The notes under the pieces: generated by a model
What the model saw: the letters and a program-made list of their open reading frames with translations, nothing else
The model's database searches: none
Told to the model about the DNA's origin: nothing
Source: a virus
Direction: 5' to 3' (one strand)
Virus record (IMG/VR): IMGVR_UViG_3300012642_000011
Location: 256,001 to 320,000 of that record
Length of the DNA: 64,000 nt
Translations under genes and position numbers: made by a program
Shown here: positions 48,926-58,445 of the stretch, in pieces
Numbering within the stretch: the stretch's first letter is position 1
Layout of the letters: each line of letters starts with the position of its first letter

Positions 48926-49762
48926 TCAACTTGCTTCCAGCCATCCGATCTCTCGAAGAGCCTCGTTATCATTGTTCTGACGGAGGAGGAAGTTGCTGGC
49001 GATGGGCTTGACCTGAATGTTGTTCACCTGCTCCCACTCCATCAGGGCGTTCCATGCAGTGCAGACCTCACGGCGATTGGTCTTCTTGCTGGCGAAGTTC
49101 ATGTTCATGAAGGGGGACGTGACAGGGGCGAGAGTGTTGAACAGAGTGCGTCCAGATGAATGCCGAGCAATCGCCCACAACTCAAATCCATCAGGCTCAA
49201 AGCCGTTGTTGGAGACCTCCTTGATGAAATTACGCTGACCAATCACGCTGAACGTCTTCTTTGCCATCGACTTCCGCCCCTCCCACGTCGGGTAATCAGG
49301 AATGGGCGTAGGCATGAGCGTGAGGGAATCGGACTCAATGTAAGCATGGATCAGACGACGGCATGCTGCATTGGGCGGATAGCCCTTGACCTTGTTTCGA
49401 GGGGCGCGATCAAAGATCAGTGCGTTCTCCCACGCATCAAGCGTGTTGACCTGCAGAATGAACAGGTTGTCATCCTCACCGTTCACAATGCGGACATCAT
49501 CAGGAAGCATAGCAGAGTACTTCTCCACAGCCTTGACGACAGTCTTACGAGCGTTGGACTTGCGCTTGTTCTCCTTCGCGCGATCAATGATTCGCTGCGT
49601 GCTCTTCTTGCTCTGGTACACGTCCTTGTGCTTCTTGCTGGTGATCTGACGCTTCGTAGACGGCATCAGATCTTTCACAAAAGCAAAACAGCAGTAAGCG
49701 AGAGGAATGATAAGAGGGATGAGTACCGCTACGATCACGATGGTGAGGAATGACGGTTCCAT
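48926..49762 (-). CDS. membrane-anchored basic protein 278 aa
   Basis: N-terminal TM helix then a Lys/Arg-rich region. RBS TAGGAGAACATC. Terminator 48878-48925. Confidence 0.8.
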   Translation of the reverse strand: MEPSFLTIVIVAVLIPLIIPLAYCCFAFVKDLMPSTKRQITSKKHKDVYQSKKSTQRIIDRAKENKRKSNARKTVVKAVEKYSAMLPDDVRIVNGEDDNLFILQVNTLDAWENALIFDRAPRNKVKGYPPNAACRRLIHAYIESDSLTLMPTPIPDYPTWEGRKSMAKKTFSVIGQRNFIKEVSNNGFEPDGFELWAIARHSSGRTLFNTLAPVTSPFMNMNFASKKTNRREVCTAWNALMEWEQVNNIQVKPIASNFLLRQNNDNEALREIGWLEAS

Positions 49763-49945
49763 GATGTTCTCCTAAGAGTTATTGCCTTGGTCTGTTCTAT
49801 AGACCTGATACCTCTACTCTACCACAAGGGACGCTCCAGTATCAAGCGATACCCCCTGTTGCTGATCTCTGATCTTCATGCTATAGTAGACGAGTAGCCT
49901 TCAGTTGGTGGCTATGAACATCACACGAAAAAGGGAGTAGTGACC

Positions 49946-50080
49946 ATGGATCGCATCGATTTTCTCATCGCAGCAGGTTTGGATCAGATGGAGCGTGACC
50001 AGATCAAGCGAGATGCTGTGAACTTCATGAACGCCACGGGGATTGGCTTGGGAGCGTCGGAAGACTCAGACGACAAGTGA
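49946..50080 (+). CDS. small protein 44 aa (MDRIDFLIAAGLDQMERDQIKRDAVNFMNATGIGLGASEDSDDK)
   Basis: Manual translation. RBS AAAGGGAGTAGTGACC. Confidence 0.5.
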   Translation: MDRIDFLIAAGLDQMERDQIKRDAVNFMNATGIGLGASEDSDDK

Positions 50081-50197
50081 GCAGGGTGGGCAGGTGCTTT
50101 ATGCACCTGTTCATCACTTGAGGGGACACAAGTTACTATCCATAAAAAGTAGGGAGAGCATGATGATCATGCTCTCCCTACTTCGTTCTCAGGAAGG

Positions 50198-50635
50198 TCA
50201 CGGGAGCACGATTCCCACGCCCTTGAACCCCACCTGATCCTTGATCTCATCAATGGCACCAATGACATCGAGAGCAAACTGGACATACAGATCAGACTCA
50301 TGATTCATGTACGTACCACGCCCCAAGAGGGTGACGAAGACGTAATCGGAATCACCGATCACGTACTCGGTGCTGTGAGAACTACCAGTACCGTAAGTAT
50401 CCACAAGTGCATACAGAATGGCATCCACAGTCTTATGCACAATGGAAGGGAAGTGAGCGTCGAAGTCAATGGGATTGTAATCACCACCGATGTTCTCCAT
50501 GCGATCCTTGATGAAGGACTCATCGAAAACAGCCTTCACAGTGTCCTTGTGCTTGATCAGGATCGAGGTGAAGTCGATCTTCTCGGTCTCGTAGAACCCG
50601 ATGGCCTTGCTGGTGTCAATAGTGTATCCGTACAT
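50198..50635 (-). CDS. hypothetical protein 145 aa
   Basis: RBS CTCAAGGAGAAAAC. Bidirectional hairpin 50150-50190. Confidence 0.75.
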   Translation of the reverse strand: MYGYTIDTSKAIGFYETEKIDFTSILIKHKDTVKAVFDESFIKDRMENIGGDYNPIDFDAHFPSIVHKTVDAILYALVDTYGTGSSHSTEYVIGDSDYVFVTLLGRGTYMNHESDLYVQFALDVIGAIDEIKDQVGFKGVGIVLP

Positions 50636-50769
50636 GTTTTCTCCTTGAGAAATGTGCCTGATGGATTTTTGCTTCTACGAACACACTACAGGAGACAAGT
50701 GATCATGTCAACCTGTCTCCTGTAGTGCGTTACAGATCAGGGACGCTCCACCAACGTTTACAGGTGTTT

Positions 50770-50995
50770 TAATTCTGTGGATAACCCTGTGGATAAAATT
50801 GTGGATACTCAAGTACCCCCGAAGTGTCCATAAGTAAACCCTGTGGATACGCTTGTACGCAAGCGTTTTATCGAGCAGTTATCCACAGGTAGTGATCAGC
50901 ATGTGAGCAATAGTTATCCACAGCCTGTTGAGAACTGAAGAACACCTCGCAAACTCCTTGCATATCGCTGTGGATAACATACTTGTGGCGAGGAT
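50770..50995. promoter_or_regulatory. cluster of at least 7 DnaA-box 9-mers (TTATCCACA/TGTGGATAA, TGTGGATAC): candidate origin or DnaA-titration region
   Basis: TGTGGATAA at about 50775, 50787, 50968. TGTGGATAC at about 50799, 50841. TTATCCACA at about 50878, 50913. Weak TTGTGGCGA at about 50982. Non-coding, with an AT-rich stretch at about 51030-51045. Confidence 0.6.
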
Positions 50996-51079
50996 CGGGG
51001 ACACAAAATGATGTCATGCAAAAGTCGAGGGCAAGCACTCATATAAAAATCAATGGTGCTTGCCCTCGAACTCTCTTGA

Positions 51080-51253
51080 TCAGCGCGTCTCGATCAGCAG
51101 TGGGACGCTCCACTCCTGCTTGACATGGACAGGGGCGGGATCAGATGCTTCCACGTCTTCCATTCGCCCCCGAAGGATGCGCTGCGAATCTGCGCTCAGG
51201 GCCATCTTGTTGGGGTCGATCTTGACCAGACGGACGTTCTTGATGTTCTCCAT
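51080..51253 (-). CDS. small protein 57 aa (MENIKNVRLVKIDPNKMALSADSQRILRGRMED...)
   Basis: ORF trimmed to the ATG with RBS GAGGAGAAGTGATTCC. Faint, unverified AbrB/MazE-like pattern. Confidence 0.5.
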   Translation of the reverse strand: MENIKNVRLVKIDPNKMALSADSQRILRGRMEDVEASDPAPVHVKQEWSVPLLIETR

Positions 51254-51509
51254 GATGGAATCACTTCTCCTCATTGTTCACTGTTAGCAACGTGTTCATG
51301 TTACAGACCTTGCGTATCGTCGTCAACTTGGTGTAGAGAAGATGACCGGCAAGCATGCTCAACACGGATTGTCTCACACCTATCATAGATGACGATCTAC
51401 CGTTTGCATCATGGGACGCTCCATGTGTGTGAATCGGATTGACAACGCAGTGACCATGCTCTACTGTTTCTCATGTCGGCAAAAATCCTCAATCGAAGAA
51501 GGAACCATC

Positions 51510-51974
51510 ATGATCGATTACATCAACAAGACTCGCCCGCGTCTCACGCTTTCCGAGGAGACAACCAAGATCATCTCTCGTTGCATGGGTTTCGAGTACA
51601 ATGATGACTCTATGACCCCTGCCGCCGAACTGATGGATTACTACGAGGAGATGGATGGTGTTCACGTTCTGAACCACTACCGTCATACGCATACGGAGAG
51701 CATCAATTTCCGTCACATCGTGATCGATGGTGATATGGATGAGGCCACGTGGAATAGTATTGCTTACGGCAGCCTCTTCCGACTGTTCGCCAGTGGCATG
51801 GTGAAGTTCTCCGATGATCCTCGTGGCGGTGGTGTCATCCTGAAGGAATTTGACAAGACGATTTACTCGGTCCGTCTGACTGGTCACATCGCGGTTGACT
51901 TGGCGATTGCTAAGAACCCTGAGATGAGTTACGTGATCGCTGGTGCATTCGAGGCTGGCATGATGAGCGCCTGA
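51510..51974 (+). CDS. hypothetical protein 154 aa
   Basis: RBS GAAGGAACCATC. Promoter TTGACA-17-TACTGT. Terminator 51978-52012. Confidence 0.7.
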   Translation: MIDYINKTRPRLTLSEETTKIISRCMGFEYNDDSMTPAAELMDYYEEMDGVHVLNHYRHTHTESINFRHIVIDGDMDEATWNSIAYGSLFRLFASGMVKFSDDPRGGGVILKEFDKTIYSVRLTGHIAVDLAIAKNPEMSYVIAGAFEAGMMSA

Positions 51975-52135
51975 TAGCAGAGGGGGATGTTTGATTACGT
52001 CCCCCTCTGTCTTGCTGTTCTAAGGGGACACAGATTTAAATAACACTCTGCGAGCATGATCCAAGTTGACGTGTGTACTGATTGTGTGATACTCTTGATA
52101 CAGCACTACTGACAGACAGAGAAGGGAGAGGATGC

Positions 52136-52720
52136 ATGAAGCCGTTATTGTACATGGACATTGATGGCGTCCTCAACCCCTTGCGTTCTCGATCCAAAGG
52201 ACGCCCTGAAGGGTGGAACGCAGCGTATATGGACAATTCTGGCGATGAACCCATTGTCTTCCCATCAAAGAGGTTCTACAGGTACAAGAATCATGGGCAC
52301 ATCATCGTCTGGTACCCTGTGGACGCGCGTGAGTGGTTCGACGCTCTCAAGGATGTCTACGATGTCTGCTGGGCAAGCAAGTGGGGACGCTCCGCAAGCA
52401 CTGTCTACGCTGGACTTTTCGGTATGGAAGGCGAGATCCCGTTCCTCGACATTCCTAACATTCCAGAGGCGCAATGCCCCCTCTCGCGTTACACTGGCCG
52501 TCATGCCAAGGATTGCGACTGCCTGCACTCCAAGACGCTATTGCTGACCGATCACGCCGATGGTCGTCCGTTCGTGTGGGTGGATGATGAGGCGACCAAG
52601 AGGGACGTGACATGGTTGACCCAGAACGATCCACGTGGCCGTGCTTACATCGTGGACGGGTATCACGGATTGCGCCGTGGTGATGTCAACTCGTTGGTGG
52701 GCATGGCACAGGATCTCTAA
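52136..52720 (+). CDS. HAD-superfamily phosphatase-like protein
   Basis: Motif I LLYMDIDGVLNP (DxDGT-like). Later VWVDDEA. Terminator 52722-52772. Confidence 0.75.
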   Translation: MKPLLYMDIDGVLNPLRSRSKGRPEGWNAAYMDNSGDEPIVFPSKRFYRYKNHGHIIVWYPVDAREWFDALKDVYDVCWASKWGRSASTVYAGLFGMEGEIPFLDIPNIPEAQCPLSRYTGRHAKDCDCLHSKTLLLTDHADGRPFVWVDDEATKRDVTWLTQNDPRGRAYIVDGYHGLRRGDVNSLVGMAQDL

Positions 52721-52777
52721 AACAAGAACGGCGGCTACTCTGATTGATTACAGAGTAGCCGCCGTTCTTATGATTCA

Positions 52778-53050
52778 TCAGACGATGGCCTGCTGGTTCA
52801 AGGTGTCCGTGTTGATCAGCCCGCTCTCCACGGACGCCTTGAACGCCTCTGAGAGCGGGAAGACCCCGTTCTGGGCCATCCTCAGGCCGGAGACGTAATC
52901 GCTGATCTCGTTGGAGTGACGGACGATCACGGTCGGGGAGGTGATGTTCTTCTCGCAGAAGTACATGTCGGACTGGACGCCGTTCACGGCCACGTTGCCG
53001 ACGAAGATGCAGTTGTGGCAGTCGTGCTGGAAGCGGGGGTGGATGCTCAT
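52778..53050 (-). CDS. hypothetical protein 90 aa
   Basis: Conserved leader CTCAAGGAGAGAAC and promoter. Confidence 0.75.
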   Translation of the reverse strand: MSIHPRFQHDCHNCIFVGNVAVNGVQSDMYFCEKNITSPTVIVRHSNEISDYVSGLRMAQNGVFPLSEAFKASVESGLINTDTLNQQAIV

Positions 53051-53195
53051 GTTCTCTCCTTGAGAGTGGTGGTCTTGGGCGGTTCCCTTGACCTGATGCT
53101 CTTACTCTACCACGGGGGACGCTCTACGCGCAAGTGAAAGATTGTGGCCCGCTGATCTCTGAGTCAGCGGGCCACAATCTTTCGTGCTCTTGGGA

Positions 53196-53642
53196 TCAAT
53201 CTGAGTAATACCAAGAGATATCTTCTTCGATCTCGATACGGTAAGCGCCCTCAGAAATGATCAGATTAAGGCCGTGTTCCTTGAGAAAACTCTTCGGAAT
53301 GCCAATCACCTCTTCGAGCGCATCAAGCGCAATGTCAGTGAGGAGATCAGTGATGTGAATCACAACTGCCTTGTGAAGACGGTTACGATTGGTCACCTTG
53401 GTTACGCTGTCATCGTACTGGTAACCAACGCTATCTGAGACAGACTCCACGTAATCCTTGAACTTGTCTTTGTTGGATTTAAGAGCCATCTGAGTGAAGT
53501 GGTACTGGAAAGTTTTACCATTATCGATGCGATCCCAGATATCGTGAGGGTCATCGAACAGATCAGGGAACTGTTCATTCACCTTCTTCTCAAAGATGCC
53601 GTAGGCAGCATCGGACTCATTCTGGTTAATGATGATCTTCAT
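53196..53642 (-). CDS. hypothetical protein 148 aa (paralog pair C)
   Basis: RBS TCAGGGAGAAACATC. N-terminal MKIIINQNESDAAYGIFEKK similar to 53864..54361. Confidence 0.75.
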   Translation of the reverse strand: MKIIINQNESDAAYGIFEKKVNEQFPDLFDDPHDIWDRIDNGKTFQYHFTQMALKSNKDKFKDYVESVSDSVGYQYDDSVTKVTNRNRLHKAVVIHITDLLTDIALDALEEVIGIPKSFLKEHGLNLIISEGAYRIEIEEDISWYYSD

Positions 53643-53863
53643 GATGTTTCTCCCTGAAAGTAAGTGATTCGCTTGAACCTTTACATGACCTTACTACAGT
53701 GGACGCTCCATTGTCAACTCGATTCTCCATATGGATGATGAATCCGTTGTCGTACCCCCTGTACCGTATGTCCCAGTTCTCATTCTTAAGCAAGGGACAC
53801 GGATTATCGTGCAAGCAGATGGGGGACTGACAGGCGCTACCCATCAATCCCCCGTCTTTTCCA

Positions 53864-54361
53864 TTAATCGCGGCAATTACAACCGCAGTAGTGGATGTCA
53901 CGCTCAGCAGTACGCGCCGCGTACTCGATGTCATCGATGTAACTCGGAGCATTCACAAAATCGTTTCCAGAGAACGCGCTTGCCGGAACATCATCACGAC
54001 CCATCGCCTCGAAGAAGGACTCAACAACCATCGTGTCAATCGTCTCATGCATGTGATGCATGTACGCCTTTTTCAGACGGATCGTGCGGCTACGCTTGGA
54101 CTCGCCCGCCTCCTCGATGAAGCCGATCATCTTGGCGCTGGACTCCATCATCTCCTTGAAAGCAGCCTTGTTGGTATCCATGGTGGACATGATGATGTTC
54201 AAGATGTTATTGCGCAAGTCGCAGTCGCAAAAGTACACCATGAAGGACACGCTATCCCTGATCTCATCGAGGTTCCACAGCGCGCCACGCAGGGACTCCA
54301 TCTTCTTCTCGAAGATGTCCATTGCCTTCTTGGTCTCATCGGTGGTAACGAGGATCTTCAT
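53864..54361 (-). CDS. hypothetical protein 165 aa (paralog pair C)
   Basis: RBS CCAAGGAGAGACC. N-terminal MKILVTTDETKKAMDIFEKKM. Confidence 0.75.
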   Translation of the reverse strand: MKILVTTDETKKAMDIFEKKMESLRGALWNLDEIRDSVSFMVYFCDCDLRNNILNIIMSTMDTNKAAFKEMMESSAKMIGFIEEAGESKRSRTIRLKKAYMHHMHETIDTMVVESFFEAMGRDDVPASAFSGNDFVNAPSYIDDIEYAARTAERDIHYCGCNCRD

Positions 54362-54447
54362 GGTCTCTCCTTGGGAGTTATGCTCTCAATTGCTCTGATG
54401 CTCCGATTCTACCATGGGGGACGCTCCATGTGCAAACCATTCCTTCA

Positions 54448-54762
54448 TCACTTTTTGAAGCTCACACTGGTTCCACGTCGGGGGAAGACCACGTAGAAGC
54501 CGTCATGGACAGTATTCTGCCCATTCTCGATCACCTTGATCCTCTCCCCATCAAGCGTCTGAATGTAGATGGTGTTCCCCTCATCTTCGATCACAACCGA
54601 TGCATCCACCATGCCATCCCCTGCCTTGATCTCTACAGGCTCACCGTGATAACGCTTCAGGAAGTCCTGTAGAGATCTTTCGCTTTCGTCCACTTCTGTT
54701 CTCACAGGATTCAACTTCAGAAATCGGGTAGATGGATCGGATGTAATAGTGATTTTTCCCAT
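54448..54762 (-). CDS. hypothetical protein 104 aa
   Basis: RBS AAGAGAAAGAACTC. Confidence 0.7.
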   Translation of the reverse strand: MGKITITSDPSTRFLKLNPVRTEVDESERSLQDFLKRYHGEPVEIKAGDGMVDASVVIEDEGNTIYIQTLDGERIKVIENGQNTVHDGFYVVFPRRGTSVSFKK

Positions 54763-54799
54763 GAGTTCTTTCTCTTAATCGGTAGTGAACATGAATGAT

Positions 54800-54943
54800 T
54801 TATCGCACGTCGTAATCTTCGTCGTCGTCTACGGGTATGATCACGTCATCCCCATAAGCACGCTCTTCTTCCTCGTACTGCAGGTAGAATGGATCATCCA
54901 CAATGTGCTCGTTAACGTCAAAGTTCTCAGAATTGATTGCCAT
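54800..54943 (-). CDS. small acidic protein 47 aa (MAINSENFDVNEHIVDDPFYLQYEEEERAYGDDVIIPVDDDEDYDVR)
   Basis: Manual translation. RBS AAGGAGTAAGAA. Confidence 0.45.
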   Translation of the reverse strand: MAINSENFDVNEHIVDDPFYLQYEEEERAYGDDVIIPVDDDEDYDVR

Positions 54944-55102
54944 TTCTTACTCCTTGCCTTGGAAGATGGAATAGTTACACGGCTATTATGCCATATGAGG
55001 CCACAATATTCAACAATAGTATTGGGGACACAAAAATACACTACAGAAAAAGTATAGCAGGGAGACAGGATCACCCGTCTCCCCGCTATGCGATCCCTTA
55101 GA

Positions 55103-55345
55103 TCACCAGCCCAGTTCCTCACGCGCGGCGGAGGAAAGGTACTCGTCACCGCCCATTCCCTCCTCAGCGATGTACACCGCGCCCTCAGCCAGCGCCATGT
55201 CACCAATGGCGTGCTGAATGGGGTAGGAAGGCTGCACAGCAAGGCGAACAGGGGCCTCATACGCCGCGTCCTCGCCGTGCTCTTCCTCGATCTGATCCTT
55301 CAGGGACTGCAGAGTTTCGATCATCTCACCAAGGGTCATTGCCAT
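55103..55345 (-). CDS. hypothetical acidic protein 80 aa
   Basis: Second ATG chosen (RBS TGGAGAAGAAC). Conserved promoter/leader 55358-55440. Confidence 0.7.
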   Translation of the reverse strand: MAMTLGEMIETLQSLKDQIEEEHGEDAAYEAPVRLAVQPSYPIQHAIGDMALAEGAVYIAEEGMGGDEYLSSAAREELGW

Positions 55346-55437
55346 GTTCTTCTCCATTCAAAGTGATGGGGTCAAGTTCTTCTCAACCCCTGTTGATGGT
55401 CCTACTCTACCACGGGGGACGCTCCATCTACAAGAGA

Positions 55438-56160
55438 TCAGTTCGACTTTCTATTATTCTCCTTAGCCTCCATGATCTCATTGAAGACCACAGCCACCCA
55501 CACAGCATCCATAGCATCCACCTCATCTGCATTCTGGCGAGTGATCACGACCTCGTTGCCTGCAAAGTACCCGTAGTTACGGTCAACGTCCCACTCAACG
55601 TCCCCGTTACCATCCTTGAGACTGATCTTGCCAGCATCAAAAAGGGCGATCTGCTGCTCAGCCTTGCCCACGCTTTCCCCGTCCTTGATGACCTTCAAAG
55701 TCATGAGGAACGGGTTGAACTCCTGATCAATGAATCCGTTCTTGTTCCCCTCGTGATCAAACGTGCTCAACGAACGGGTGACGAATGGGATGGACTCTTC
55801 CTCAGCACCCATCACGTTGCCGTCCAGATCACGCATCACGTAAGTATCAGTGATCATTCTGAAGTACTCACCCTTGATGTGTGCAACCTCCACACCGTCA
55901 ACGGTGATATCCCACTGGTCATAGAACGTGAACGGACGCTTGTGAGCCACGATTCGATCAGCGTCTTCCAAGACCTGAATGGACTTCAGCGCCTGAGTAG
56001 AATCGCCCATTTCATTTTCCTGAGTGGAGACGGAAGAGAAGGAGGGCAGGGGTGCTCCGGTCACCAGAGCGCCACCGACACCCACGGTGGAGACAGCGAG
56101 GACGCTTGCGATTCCGAGCGCAGCCGTCTTCTTGGGCGTCATCATCTTGAACATGTTCAT
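55438..56160 (-). CDS. secreted/membrane-anchored protein 240 aa
   Basis: N-terminal signal/anchor MTPKKTAALGIASVLAVSTVGVGGALVTGA. RBS TGAAGGAAGTTC. Confidence 0.8.
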   Translation of the reverse strand: MNMFKMMTPKKTAALGIASVLAVSTVGVGGALVTGAPLPSFSSVSTQENEMGDSTQALKSIQVLEDADRIVAHKRPFTFYDQWDITVDGVEVAHIKGEYFRMITDTYVMRDLDGNVMGAEEESIPFVTRSLSTFDHEGNKNGFIDQEFNPFLMTLKVIKDGESVGKAEQQIALFDAGKISLKDGNGDVEWDVDRNYGYFAGNEVVITRQNADEVDAMDAVWVAVVFNEIMEAKENNRKSN

Positions 56161-56259
56161 GAACTTCCTTCAGTGGAATGGTCTTCTTTGGCTCCATAGT
56201 AAGCATACATCTCTTGTGTTGTCAACGATCACTCATGCTTGACATGCGAACCACAGAAA

Positions 56260-56268
56260 GGGGACACA
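56260..56268 (+). repeat. GGGGACACA intergenic motif
   Basis: GGGGACACAGAAATAATCTG. Confidence 0.8.
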
Positions 56269-56370
56269 GAAATAATCTGATCATCCTCTTGCTATCCGTG
56301 TTGACCTCTCGTGAAAGATCGTGTAGAGTCGTTCTTGTCAGCAAGACAGAATCACATCTCAAGGAGAATC

Positions 56371-57138
56371 ATGAGCATTTACGAGTGGGAGAGCGGGAAG
56401 ATCGTGCTTCCGACCAAGGACGTTGCGCCCCTGAAGAAGATTCTTCGGGATCAGGTGAACACGTTCCATTCGGATGTTCGCGCCAAGGCTGTGGAGATGC
56501 ACAAGTCTGCAAAGACCACTTCCACTAAGAAGTATGGCGAATTCTTCGGTTTCGACAAGCACTACTATGACGACTCCAAGAACACGATGGTAGAGAACGT
56601 CGCCCGTGACATTCTGAAGGGCATGTGGGAGAACGCGAACGCTGGGCGAGGGACGCTCCATGTTCCCACTGTGGCTGACGTTTCGCGTCATGCTCCCAAG
56701 ATGACGACCAAGGACAATCATTTCCGTGTTCTTGACAATCAGGGTTTTGATGCGGCTCTGATTCACTTCAATGGCCGCATTGTGGAGTGGGCTGTGGAGG
56801 AGAACAACCATGCTGTCGATCATGCGTACAGCGCTCCTCTTGCGCGGTCGCTCTTCAAGTACCTGCATCAGATCGAGTGGACGCGCGGCACTGGTGGTCA
56901 TGGTGTGGGCAACAACGAGATGAATACGGATAGCGATTACGTGGGCGGCGGGGCTAACTACGTTGCCTTCAGTTACGGCCCGCTTGGTGTCGAGGTGCTT
57001 GCACAGGGCGCGCAGATGAGCAAGAAGAAGTACCTCAGCACTCATCTGGACATTGACGAGAAGAAGCACGCTGACAACTCAGGCTACGAGCGCAGTCTGC
57101 CCCTTAACACTCGTCGTCCCTACAACTTCATCTGGTAA
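56371..57138 (+). CDS. hypothetical protein 255 aa
   Basis: RBS CTCAAGGAGAATC. Terminator 57146-57197. Confidence 0.8.
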   Translation: MSIYEWESGKIVLPTKDVAPLKKILRDQVNTFHSDVRAKAVEMHKSAKTTSTKKYGEFFGFDKHYYDDSKNTMVENVARDILKGMWENANAGRGTLHVPTVADVSRHAPKMTTKDNHFRVLDNQGFDAALIHFNGRIVEWAVEENNHAVDHAYSAPLARSLFKYLHQIEWTRGTGGHGVGNNEMNTDSDYVGGGANYVAFSYGPLGVEVLAQGAQMSKKKYLSTHLDIDEKKHADNSGYERSLPLNTRRPYNFIW

Positions 57139-57145
57139 TGTCGCA

Positions 57146-57197
57146 GTAAGAAGGGAGGGGGAGGAAATAATCCTCCCCCTCCCTTCTGGTATTGCTT
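57146..57197 (+). terminator. hairpin terminator (GAAGGGAGGGGGAGGA...TCCTCCCCCTCCCTTC)
   Basis: After 56371..57138. Confidence 0.7.
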
Positions 57198-57211
57198 AGG
57201 GACACAGAATG

Positions 57212-57688
57212 TCATATAGGTTTGAGAACACCTGTTACCATTGCCATGAGGGAGAAATCCGCATCCTCTTGGTCCTGCTTCATTAAATCTTGCACTGCAA
57301 GGTCGTATTTCTCAATGGCGGCTGAAGTGAGCATGTGATCAATGAAGACGCACTGAGCGTCAAATATCTCATCTCTGTCCGTGAAGAATGCTTTACTCTC
57401 CAAGGCATGCCTCATCAGGTTTTCATCAACCATGTCCAAGTGATTGTGATGTGCAAGGTCAGCCACAAGGTCTGGACGCTCTGTGAGCAGACGGTAGGTT
57501 GCTGGGGGTAGAGTGATCGCGTGAGCAGCTACGTCCGCCCCTAGTCTCTCCACTACGTGATTCAGGTCAGACGGGATTCTGAAAGCAAGTGTGGTCAAGT
57601 CGATGACGTACTTAGGGTCTTCCTGCATAACGAGATGAACTCGCCTGTGAAAATGCTGAGAGTGAGAAGAAGTATATGATTGACTCAC
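57212..57688 (-). CDS. hypothetical protein about 158 aa (GTG start proposed)
   Basis: No RBS at the track start 57712. GTG at 57688 is preceded by GGAAGGGAGG. Confidence 0.55.
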   Translation of the reverse strand: MSQSYTSSHSQHFHRRVHLVMQEDPKYVIDLTTLAFRIPSDLNHVVERLGADVAAHAITLPPATYRLLTERPDLVADLAHHNHLDMVDENLMRHALESKAFFTDRDEIFDAQCVFIDHMLTSAAIEKYDLAVQDLMKQDQEDADFSLMAMVTGVLKPI

Positions 57689-57818
57689 TGCGCCTCCCTT
57701 CCGTGCTAACATGTCGGCAGGTTAAATATCCGCAGAGCATGAAAAGGGACACAGTATGAGTGCATTCTTAGTACTGCAGATGGGAGTGCCTCCTCCATAG
57801 AGACACTCCCATCAATGA

Positions 57819-57956
57819 TCAACGACGGCGGCGGCGACGCTTCTGGTAAACAGAGGTGGTGCGGCGATCCTTGAAGAATGAGATGACTGCGAAAAACAGC
57901 GCCAGCGTCAAGACTGCAGCAACTGCCAGCATAACGAAAAGCATCTGTCCAAGCAT
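57819..57956 (-). CDS. small membrane protein 45 aa with poly-Arg tail
   Basis: RBS AAAAGGAAATATT. Hydrophobic helix plus RRRRRR C-terminus. Confidence 0.5.
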   Translation of the reverse strand: MLGQMLFVMLAVAAVLTLALFFAVISFFKDRRTTSVYQKRRRRRR

Positions 57957-58093
57957 AATATTTCCTTTTGTATTCGGGATGGGTTCTGAAGATAAAAAGT
58001 TGTAGGGGGTGAGCGATGACACACCACTCACCCCCATTGCTTCACACGCGAGATGCTCTCAGCCTACAGCATCTGGGTGCAGTGGTCAATCCA

Positions 58094-58261
58094 TCATCGG
58101 ATCACGATATCGAACTTCTTCCCATACTCGGTCATGATCTCAGAGCTCTCATACTCAATGAGATCATCCAAGGTCTCGCCGTCAAGGTCGTTGGACTCGA
58201 TGACCAGACACTCATTAAGATCGACAATGGTACCAGTGCCGGGGTGAACGATGAGCTTCAT
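58094..58261 (-). CDS. hypothetical protein 55 aa
   Basis: RBS GAAGGAGTACAAC. Confidence 0.6.
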   Translation of the reverse strand: MKLIVHPGTGTIVDLNECLVIESNDLDGETLDDLIEYESSEIMTEYGKKFDIVIR

Positions 58262-58336
58262 GTTGTACTCCTTCTGCTGATTGTTGAAAGTGTTCTGTGC
58301 TCTCGTGTTCAAGTGTACTCTACGTTGTCCTTCTTG

Positions 58337-58445
58337 TCAAAGCGAGATCTGGGAGATCTTCTCCTGAAGCGAAGCAACCATGGCAAGCGTCCGCTCCGCA
58401 GAATCCTCCATGTCAGTGATGACCTGATCAACAACAGCGGTCATG
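58337..58445 (-). CDS. small protein 35 aa (MTAVVDQVITDMEDSAERTLAMVASLQEKISQISL)
   Basis: Manual translation. RBS AGAAGGAGCATC. Confidence 0.4.

Noticed and set aside
22340-56275. AATAATCT / GAAATAATC element as an independent motif
   Set aside because: It recurs directly after GGGGACACAG (22354, 24262, 34297, 56262) and about 13 nt upstream of -35 elements of leftward promoters (for example 8612, 10880). It is probably part of the A/T tail of the main motif and of UP-like elements rather than a separate system. I mention it under the main finding.
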